This document shows positions 29,387-39,900 of a stretch of DNA of 64,000 bases, in pieces; positions within the stretch are counted from its first letter, which is position 1, and every line of letters begins with the position of its first letter. The notes beneath the pieces were generated by a model. That model saw only the letters and a list, made by a program, of their open reading frames with translations, made no database searches and was not told the DNA's origin. The translations under genes were made by a program, and so were the position numbers. This DNA is from an uncultured bacterium (GTDB lineage: Bacteria > Babelota > Babeliae > Babelales > RVW-14): assembly GCA_903825355.1 (NCBI GenBank), contig CAIKAH010000002.1:15359-79358 (forward strand), written 5' to 3'.

Positions 29387-30943
29387 ATGAAAACATGCAA
29401 AGCAATCCTTGCTGTACTGTTATTTTTTGCTGCCTGTCGGGCAGAACTTGCAACGGGCCGGTCATTCTTTTTACCGCGTCCTGCGTGGTCTGATCATGCA
29501 CAAATGCTTGATCGTGGCTTAGTGGCTATCAAGAACAATGGGCGTTTCAGTTTTGGCTCAGTGGTTTCTTACCAATCATCAACGCATGGTGATCGTTTTG
29601 CGAAGTACTTTCTTCCTGGAGGTAAAAATAACTTAGTGGTGAAGGGGGCTAATGCGGCGGGGCCTTGTGATATTTCTGGTACGTGGCTACAAATTGTTGG
29701 GTTGAACCCGACCTTGGGAGCAGGCGGTCATGATCTTGCCCAATTGTTCAATGAATATAGCAGTGAAATTAGTATTAAGCCTCAGCTAGAGCGTACCGAT
29801 GCAACAGTGCAATTGCGCTATCATAATCGCCTTGGCAAGATGCCGTGGTCATTTGCTGTTGGCCTGCCAGTTTCGTACATGCAGACCAAGATGAATTTGG
29901 TTGAATCTAATGTGCAGAATAATTATACAATGCGGAATGCTAATCGTGCAGATGGGGTGCCCAATTTTACTGATACAGCATTAATAATTCCCGTACAAAA
30001 AGCTGTCTCATTATCAGCAATAGAATCTTTTAGTAACCAAAATAAGCATTTTGGGAAAATTAGTAATCAAGCACTGGATGCTAAGGGGATGGGGGATGTA
30101 AGCCTTGATTTACGCATGGGCATATGTGATGAACTGACTATTGGTGTACGAGGAGAATTGCCAACATCACCAAGGGGAACAGCAGAATATATGTTTGAAC
30201 CACTAATTGGTAATAATGGCCATGCAACGTTTGCTGCATATGTTTTGGCTGGTAAGCAAATGATAGAATACAAAAAAATAGCAATTGGGCTGCATGTGAA
30301 TGCACAATGGCAGATGCAGTTTGCTGGTAGAGAGTTGAGAACATTTGATTTGTTAGAGGCTGGTTCATGGAGTAGGTACTTATTGCTTGATGATACTGTT
30401 AACAATGCAGGATATGCAGAGCCTGGTGTTAATTTTTTAACGCGAATAGCACGTATTAACATTGTAAATAAGGCAACTGGGGGGATGGTATTAGATTTGC
30501 GACATGAAAAGGGTTTTATAGTTTCAATTGGCTACCAGGCTTATGCACGTGAGCAAGAAAAACTTAGGTTGCAGTCACCCTTCCCCGCTAGTGTTTTTGT
30601 AATTCGTGCGGTAAGCCCCAATCCAGGTGATGCTATAACGGATATGGAAGTTGTTCTGCCTCAAGATATTCGACTTAAAAATCACTTACTTTATAATCAG
30701 GGCAATATATTTCTTGCGCCTAACCCAGCAATTAACCAAAGCATAAGTAATAATGATCTTGATTTAAGCTCAGGATGTATGCCGAGTTATTTTTCTCACC
30801 AATTAATGGCAAGCTTAGCCTACACAGGGATGATGCAAAAAAATCCTGTGCATTTTGAACTCGGTTCTCAATATGAAATTATTCGACAAAGCGCAGATAC
30901 AAATTTTTGGTCTTTATTTGCGGCCTTAACTATAAAAATGTGA
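29387..30943 (+). CDS. Hypothetical secreted protein, possibly an outer-membrane beta-barrel
   Basis: Signal peptide; many amphipathic beta-strand-like segments; terminal WSLFAALTIKM. Confidence 0.6.
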   Translation: MKTCKAILAVLLFFAACRAELATGRSFFLPRPAWSDHAQMLDRGLVAIKNNGRFSFGSVVSYQSSTHGDRFAKYFLPGGKNNLVVKGANAAGPCDISGTWLQIVGLNPTLGAGGHDLAQLFNEYSSEISIKPQLERTDATVQLRYHNRLGKMPWSFAVGLPVSYMQTKMNLVESNVQNNYTMRNANRADGVPNFTDTALIIPVQKAVSLSAIESFSNQNKHFGKISNQALDAKGMGDVSLDLRMGICDELTIGVRGELPTSPRGTAEYMFEPLIGNNGHATFAAYVLAGKQMIEYKKIAIGLHVNAQWQMQFAGRELRTFDLLEAGSWSRYLLLDDTVNNAGYAEPGVNFLTRIARINIVNKATGGMVLDLRHEKGFIVSIGYQAYAREQEKLRLQSPFPASVFVIRAVSPNPGDAITDMEVVLPQDIRLKNHLLYNQGNIFLAPNPAINQSISNNDLDLSSGCMPSYFSHQLMASLAYTGMMQKNPVHFELGSQYEIIRQSADTNFWSLFAALTIKM

Positions 30944-30950
30944 GATAGCT

Positions 30951-33900
30951 ATGTTGATGAATATTGCATGTTTAATTTTTTCTATATTTCTAATGCCTCA
31001 TGCTATGTACGGAGCAGGTAGTTACAGGCAGTACGATGTCCTTGCATTTGAGAATGCCATTAAATCGGCAAATCTTACTACATTAGACCAACTACTGAGT
31101 GCGGTTAATACATCAAGCATGGTAGAAAGTTCTCTAAAGCCAGCTTTACGCACAAAAATTGCTCAACAAAAAGATGCACTTAAGGCTGCAGCAGCGAAAG
31201 CCTCTTCAACTGCCACAGCCGCAGCGACCCGTGGTGCAGATACCGAAAAAAGTGCCAAGGAGCTAAAAGCTAAAATTGAAAAGTCAAAAATGGCTCTTTC
31301 TGGAAAAAGTACCAGCGCAGATGCTATGCGGACAAAAGCATATGATCAGGCTATTAGCGACCTTGAAGGTATTGCAACTCAAGCAGCTAGTACAACGGAT
31401 GAGACTACTTTTCAAAAGCTCCAGGAAGGTATTTTAGCAGCGCAAAGGGCGGTGGCTGAAGCTGAAAAAGATGCTGAAAAGCAAGAAAAGGAAGAAGAAG
31501 CGGCCACTCAAAATGCTGCTGCGGTTCAGGCATTTCTTAATCAGAAAAAAGTTGGGGTTGATGCAGAAGAACGGGAAGTAGCGCAAACATTTACAGCAGC
31601 AAAAGATCAGTTCGATACAGTTAAAGAGCGGTTTGAGAAAGAGGTTGAAAAATCAAAAGCAAAAAAAGCTCAAGAAGAGGCTGTTAAAAAGCAAGCAGAG
31701 GCAGCAGCAGCTGCTAAAAAAGCAGCAGCAGAAGCGAAAGCCGAAGAGGCCCGTCGCGTAGCAGCAGAAGCTCTCGCAGCAGCACAGAAAATAGCTGCAG
31801 AAAAAGCAGCGCAAGAGGCGGTTGCTGCCAAGCAAAAGGAAGCGCAAGCTAAAGAGGAAGCTGCTCGTTATAACGACCAGCTTGGAAAACAAGCTGAAGC
31901 AATGGGTAAGCTACAAGAAGAATGGTTGAAAGCAGGGGAGGATGGAGCAGTAGAAAAAGTGCTAGCCGATGCTTTGGTAGGTGCTGTTGTAGAAAAGGCT
32001 TATGAGGGCGGAGCCTTGGATGAAGCTCGAGCTGTGCAAGTAAAGTTAGCTGATCTTGAGCGAGAAGGATTTATGGTTGCAGATGAAGCAGTTCAAGTCG
32101 AATTAAAGCGACAGTTTGTTGCAAACTTAATCGATGCTGATTCAGTCTCTCTCAATGATTTGGCTACTTTTATTTTAGGATCAGCAGATGAGCAGGACCG
32201 AGCATTAGTGCAAAAAGCTCAAGCCTTAGCGCGTCTAGCAGCCGGGGGTAAGCCTGATAGCACAGAGCTGGTGCCTGATGAAAAAGAGGTTAGGAAAAAC
32301 GTTTTGGATATTTTGCCAGAGGCATATAAGCTAAAAAAGAAGCGTGAGATACTCAAGGCACGGTTTGAAGACCAAGATCTATCAGAACAAGAGATCAATA
32401 AAGTAAAGCTTCGTTTGGCTCTCAAAGCACAAGCTATGACTAATGAAGTTGCTAGAGGAGGTGTGTATGAGGAGCTTGCTAGCCGTATTAGAGGCTTTGA
32501 AGGTGTTGATAAAAAGAAACAAGATCTACTAATTATCAAAACGCTTTTAGGCGGTGATGATCGAGTAGCTGCAGCGTTAAAAGAGGCAAAGGCCGCTTTG
32601 CTTACTGATAAACAAAAACAAGTCTTCGAAGATTCTGAATTATTAAAATTAAAAAATGCGATAGATAAAAAATACAGTGATCTGAAAAAAAAGATAGAAG
32701 ACCAACACGCTGCAGAAGAGGCAAAAAAAGCACTTTATGAGCAACATAAGCTCTTGACGGAAGAATTAAATCAGCTGGTTGCTGCTTATCCAGAGCAAAC
32801 AAAAAAATTAGACGCAGTTTTTAAGGAGCGTACTGAGTACATAATGCCAGCAGATGAGCTTGAGGCTCTACTGAAAGCGTATGTGGAGGGGATGTGGAAG
32901 CTTAATGCAGGAAGTACTGCTACAGCACCTGAGCTATCAAATAAAGATTTACTCGCTATTGAGATGAGCTCGGAGTACAAAAGTCTAAACAACAAAGACA
33001 CTGGTCTTTTATCGCAGTGGAAGGCTCAGGCAGGAACGGGAGAAGAGGGCATTATTCAGGCTAGGGCAGCAGCAAAACAAGCTTTGCAATCAGCTGGAGA
33101 AGCGGAAAAAAAGGCTTATCAACTCGCTTTACTAAAATTGGAGCAGCACATTGAACAGTTGGAGTTTGCAGCAGAGCATGCAGAGGGTGCATCGCATACA
33201 AAGAAACGAACATTTGATTCAAATCAAATGTTCGTTGAAAAACAGGATTTATTTGACCAAAGATTATATGTTGCTGCATTGTTGAGGCTGTGGTTAGAAC
33301 AACAGGGAAGGAACAATGCAAATTTTTTACCATGGGTAGAAAAATTGGATGCAGGGGATCTTTCTTTAGACCAGTTAGAAGATCCATATGGTGCTAAGAT
33401 CAAAAATGTTTGTAGCGGCGAGGCAGCGTCGGTTGCTAGCGAGGTCGATACAGCTCTATTCTTTATTAGAAAATTGATTGCTACAACGCATGATATTTTG
33501 CGTTTATATGGCACTGGTGGGGCAGAATCAGTTGAAGAATTTCTTATGCATTATCAGGGTACTTATGGGGCTTTACGCCAAAATGATGAGGAAAAATATA
33601 GCAAACTTCTAGTCGATTTAAAAAGAGGGATTCAGCAAAAAATTGATCTAGTTAACGCGCATCAAGCAAGTCTAGCAGGCTCTGCCGTAGCAGGTAGGGA
33701 TCTGAAAGAAGAGAATGCAAGAAAAAATAAACTTGCAAAAATGGCAGAACAGTTGGCTGCCTATAAAAAAGGAATTGACGATATTAATGCCCATTTAGCA
33801 GGGATTAGCAAGAACATACCAAGTACTCATCTTGTAGCTCAGCAAGAAGAATATAGAGGCTTGTTGCTGAACTATTTGCAGGCGTCTCAAGAAGTATTTT

Positions 33901-36900
33901 TGCTAGCATATGAATGTGGCAAGCGTAATGAAATGCTTAAATTAAAGGCGGCTATTGGGTTAAAGGAAAAAGAATTAGCGAAAGTAACGAGTGCGTTGCC
34001 TGAAGAGGGAGAAGCCGTAGAAGAAGCTAATGAACCGAGTGCTGAGGTCTTGGAGCAAAAAGCAAAAGCAGCGGCCCTAGCAGCGGCTAATCAGCAGCAA
34101 GCTCAGCTCTGGCAGAATGAATTAGTAGATACTATTGAGAGCATGCGCATGGAAGGCGCTGTAAAAGCAGCGATTCAACAAGCTTCTGGCAACCAGATGA
34201 AGCAAATCTCTAACGTGACCTCAGCATTCAATTTTACTCTGGGTGATTTTGACGCCTTTCTACAGGTGGTGACTAATGCTCAGCTCAGTGACGGCAGAAT
34301 GTCGAGATTTAAAGACTGCGATGATGAGTTGTTTGCATTAAATATTGATAGGAATGAGCGCGATAGTGCTTATATGAATTCGTTCCCATTACTGCGAGAT
34401 GCGGAGAATATATTAACGGTGCCCTATGTAGACCGCCATGGCCTTCCCTTGGCTGTGATGGTTAAAAAATCGCTTACCTCTGTCTTAGGATACAAACAAA
34501 GTCAACTGCAAGAAAGTACCATCACTCTGCTATCTCAATTTGCATACACCATTTTCTTGCCAACCATAAAAAAATTGTATGATACAGTGTATTTAGAAAA
34601 AGCGAGTGGGAGTCCTATTCGAGCTTCATTGGTAACGATTGCACGTTTTATTAAAGATGTAGTTTCGATTGATCGAGTTAGAAAATATGTACCAATAGAC
34701 TACCTTAATTATTTGCGTGATATGGCATTCCACCCATGGATTTGTTGCTCAGCAGCAATGATTGAGGGTGCGAGTTTAGATTCTGCTGGCATTATCCCCT
34801 ATTTAAGTAACTTTGAGCAAGAACAAGACGTAACTAATGCAGCAAAAAAAATTGAAGCTAAATTTGAAAAAATGCTTGCAGCGCTAGAAGGACAAGCAGC
34901 GAAATTTAGGGTAGATACAAAATTGCAATCATTGCCTGGAAGCTATTGCAAGATGTTAGCGGCACATCTTGCACCCGTATTTACTCTAAAAGTACAGGGG
35001 GCGGCAGATCTATTAGAACAATTTAAGCAAAAAATGCACGATGTATTTGATAAGGTTAATAAAGCAAACAATTATACAAATGCTCAAGCCGAATATACAC
35101 AAGGTTTAAAAGATTTGCATAAATTCTACAATAACTTGACGCCTGCAGACGCAAAGCGTGCGTTTGTTATTGGCCGTAATAGGCAGAGATATTCATACCA
35201 TCAAATTATAGATGCGCTCGAAGGAGCATGGGAATTGCTGAATTCTTCTATGCATCTGAGTGAAAAACAACAAATTTTTAGCCAAAATGAGGTCCTTTCT
35301 AATTTAGGCTTTAATTTATTTGATGACAGAGCAGAAGAGTTTATAAGAAGTAATATTTCTGATGATGGTCGCTATAGAACATATGAGCTCTTTGATGTAG
35401 CAGTAAGAGAATTTTTTGCTCATTTATTAGAAAAATTTTCCTGGAATCGTAGTGCCCTATCAGAAAAGAAAAAGCAAGCCGAGTTTGAAAGAGAAAATAA
35501 AGAAAAAGCGGCAACATTTATTGCACTGAAGCTGCATGAATATTGTCAAGCCGCTGAAAGCTCTATTGTTGATTTGCTTAATATCCTGGCCGCTAAAAAA
35601 GTAGATATGAGTGAAGAGGCTGGAATCACGGCAGACGAAGAAAAAGCATTTTGGGATAAGTTATGCTATGACATCTTAACTCAAATCGTTTTAGCCGCCT
35701 TTCCTCCTGTTGGTAAAGCTCCACAAAAAGAAGAGCCTGTTGTTGCATCGCTTTTTGATCCCTTGCGCAAAATTGGCACTATTGCAGAAAATAATTTTAA
35801 TCCTGCTTTGAATGCACTGTATCCGCAGCTTGAAGGGGCTTGGAAAGAAGCGAGCAGCCTTGCGAATATAGAAGCGACCAATAAATTATTAATGCATCTT
35901 GCCGTTGCGCAACATCCGCTATATGGATTCGAGAATTTTGTTGATGAATTTAAGCCTCTGGGCGGTGCTACAGATGCAGTCGTTGTGCAGAGTTATAAAT
36001 GGAAAAATGCACCTGATGATTTTTCTCAAGTTGAATGGGCCCCGAAGACAGAAAACGCGGGTCTGAAATTATCTGATCTTGCGAGAAATTGGGCCAATAG
36101 TCCGTGGAACACTACTGCATCTTTTAAAGCATTGTTTGCTCAACAGTCTACTACAACAGGGAAAAATGGACCTAATAGTGTAAAAGATTTTTTGGTTGAA
36201 ATGGGACAGATGGTAGCATTCTTTCCTCATGAGCTAGCGGTTCTTATGGCGGGTGGTTCGGTCGATGAGCTGCATCAACAGTCACTTTTTGTAGATAATA
36301 AGTTGAATATTGAACTGATGCGAAAATATGCTGATGTCCGAGAGCGTTTGCTAAATGCAGTAGATCAATTTATTGATCAAGTACTGTTTAAGAGTGGGCA
36401 GCTGCTCCAGAAGCGTCTGGGGTTTACAATGGACAATGCCACTGCGAGCCTTCTTTGCCAAAAAGGAAGCGGTGATGTTTTATATAAATGTTTTGCTGCT
36501 AATGATCTTAATCAACCGTTGATCGGAGCTTTAGGTAATATTTTGTATTGTAAAGATGAAGAGGCGTGGAAAACACCATTTGCAGCTGATCGTAAAAATT
36601 TGGGTATGTTGTTGTTGTACTTTATCTTAAATATTCATATTGATAAATATGAATACAAGCAGCCATTGGATAATGAGATTAAAAATGTAATTAAAGAAAT
36701 CATAGATTTAGAGCATTTTCCTGCTAAAGCAACAGAAACAGAAAAGGACATTAAGGAGCTAGACAAGGACTTGTATGCATCCCAGAATCGCCCATTTATT
36801 TTGTTTAGTTTCACAAAGTACTTTTTAGCAAGTTGTATTGATGATAGATTAATTGAGCGGTCAGTAAACCCTGATAATGTAGTAACTATTTCGGATGAGC

Positions 36901-39900
36901 AACGGGCTATTCCCGCCAATGGTAAGTATGTTTTGCTTCGTAAAAATGTTTTTGGTTCCGGCAATGATAAAAAGGGTCGTGTTACCTATGACGCACTTGC
37001 TGGCTGTTCTGACGAGCAAAAAGCACTATTTGATACAGATCAAAATCTGAATAAATACAAGCCCTTATTTGAAATTTGTAGTAAGCAAGAATATGCCTAC
37101 GATGCTCTTATTATGGCGACAGATGATCAAAAAAAAGCGGCAATAAAAGCATTGATTCCTGAACTTGAAAAATGTTTGCCAGAGCTCAGAAAAGAGCTTC
37201 AACAGATATTAGTGCAAAAAATAAATGCTAAGAAGGAGGCTGTGCGCATCGGTGCTCCGGGAGCAAAGCCGCTTGTAAAGTTGCTTGACCAGGAGACTGG
37301 ATTGCAAAACGTACTTGCTAAGTATACGGAAGTACTTACGGCTCTTAGTAATGCAGTACAAGAAGAAACTAGAGCCGAGTTTGCAAAAGAAATTCGTGCT
37401 AAAAATAAGAATTTTGTTGAGCTTATAACTAATAATACAAAAAAATTAGGTGACGCATTTCTGTTTAATCTGAGAGAATTTACAGAAGCAAATAACTTTA
37501 AAGTCTTTTTTGGTAATCTGACAGAAAATAATCAAGCATTTATGGAGATAAGAAAAATCGCTGAGTGGTTGCGTCCTCACGTGGCAGGTCTAGTTTTTGA
37601 CCAAAAATCAATATATCAATCTACATTAGCACTATACCGTCGAGTTAGTAGCGCTGATAAAACTCCCCCAACCCCGCTTGCAAGCCTTTCTCATGACCGA
37701 AAAACTGTTGAGTATCCGCCGTTTATGCAGCACCTAGAGGCTTCTAAACAAAGCTTTTCGATAGAGCATGGTGTTGGTAGACGTGCGCGTACAACCGTTA
37801 TTACTGATCACGCAATACTTGAAATAATGAGTGAAAAAATAACCAAGCCATTGCTGTATTTAATGCGCTATCACCTACTACCATGGTCTGCCCATTACAA
37901 CTCACCGTGTATGACGGAAGAACAGGTTGCTCAGATTTGCCGTGTTGACCGTGCAGCATATGAACATTTTCTTTCAAGGAAAGCAGCGTCTGGAAAAGAT
38001 GATAGTGAAGCGTCTGCCGAGGATGCACTAGCTTCTTCCGCAAGAGGCTCTAGTCGCAGAGGAGGCAATACGAGTGCTCAAAAAGGTGCAGACGCTTTTC
38101 AAGCAGCTTTAATGAATCTGGTTGATAAAAAGGCCACTAGTGCACTTCATAAAAATCCTGAAAAAGCAGGAGCAACCGGTGGGGCTTTAGCTCTGCCTGG
38201 TGCTACTGGTAGCGAAAGGCTCATCGTGCTCCAGAAACCTAATGGTGCTGCCGTTGCTACTCGCGTAGCAGTTGCACCTTCTACGAAAGTAACCATTGAT
38301 AAAGGCAAGGGCAGCAATCTTGAGGTTGCAGTACCTGCATTTGCATCTGTTGAATTAAGAAAGGCAGCCGAGAAAGACCAGCAGGCTGTAGCTGCGGTGC
38401 AAAAATCAGAGCTTGAAAAAATATTCGCTGCTAGAAAAAAAGAAGCAGAAGATAGTCTAGCAGTTGCAGTGCAGGGTGGTACTGAAGAAGAGGAACCGCA
38501 AGCGGCAGCGCATGGAGCAGCAATGATTACCGGTAAGCTAGCGGGTGAGATACGCAGAGCGCGTAGCTCTGCAGAAAAAGCTAAGTTATTGCAGGAGGCT
38601 TCATACGGAGAGATTGAGCCTATTTATGCTTATGAATTGATTAAAGATGCTCTAGAAATGCCTGGTGTGGAGCATGCTTCTGTTGAATCGTTATTGTCTG
38701 TGCTGGCAGTGAAGGGGGTGCCAATTTCGACGGTCTTAAGCCATACACATGAAGACATGCATGGGCGTACAGCATTAGCTAGAATTGCCATGAAGAGTGC
38801 GTATGTTCTACCTGAGGTTGTTGCCTGTTTAGTGGGATGGGGCTTGAACGTAAATACTGCCATTATATCAGAGGGTACTGAGCCTAATTTTGGTGAACTA
38901 GTTGCCACATCATCAGTGAGTGATTTGTACGATTACAATAAGGTATATGCATTGTTTAATTGCGATGCTAATGATTTTATACGAGGCAGTCTAACTCAAG
39001 ACGCATTGCAAACCTGGGGTGCCAATTTGCTTAAGAATGCACAGAAGGTGTTTGTCGATTGTCTAGAGATGTTAAGTGCTTATGATAAAGATCCTGAGAA
39101 ACACCCTTCGATGAACAGTGGGGCCCTCGAGGCATTGCTGGTGCGCATGCAAGAATTCGTAGTGAAAGCGCAACTAGTTGAATGGTTGAATAAGAAAGCG
39201 CCAATAGGAGACAAAAACATTAGCCCTGCTTCGGTTATTGAGAGCTTGTCAGCCGAAAGGTTTGACATGTTTAAACAGCAGGTAAAAGCATTTATTGCAG
39301 CAGGCGAAGAAGAGCCATTTGTATCGCAGTTTGTGGATAACGCGCATGTTAGCGACGATGAAGTGAGTGCTGCCTTGGCGGTGCTTGGGGTTGGGCAAGA
39401 TGCTGATTGGGATGCAATACGGGCTAGATATAGAGCGTTAGCTCTAAGCGAGCATCCAGATAAAGTATCTGGGAGTGAGGCAGCTAAAGCAGCAGCTACG
39501 GAGGAGTTTCAGAAAATAGCAGCAGCGTATGAAGTGTTGAAGCTGAAACATAACCCAAGAGAGGTTGCTCCTAGTGATGAGGTGGATGAAGATGAAGATG
39601 GCGCCGATGTAGAAAGAAAGCGAGCAGAGTCTCCTACCAGGGGGGGCGATGGTCGTCCTGTGCAGACTTTTGTCGATTATTTTGATCCAGAAGCAGCAGC
39701 AACGCCAAAGGAAGCTTCACCTGGGCTGGCAAATACCTCTGGTAATGATTGTTTTATCAATACCATGTTGCAATGTGTGTTCTCAAGCCCTGAGCTGGTT
39801 AATTACATTCATAGCGTGGTGAATGATTCAGAGATAAAGGAACGAGTTGATGAACGCAAAAGAAACTTAATTCATGCTAATCGCGATTTTACTGAGGCAG

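Noticed and set aside
31680-31870. Ala/Glu/Lys-rich stretch suggesting TolA
   Set aside because: Low-complexity coiled coil within the giant protein; no TolA TM anchor or C-terminal domain, and no tolQR context
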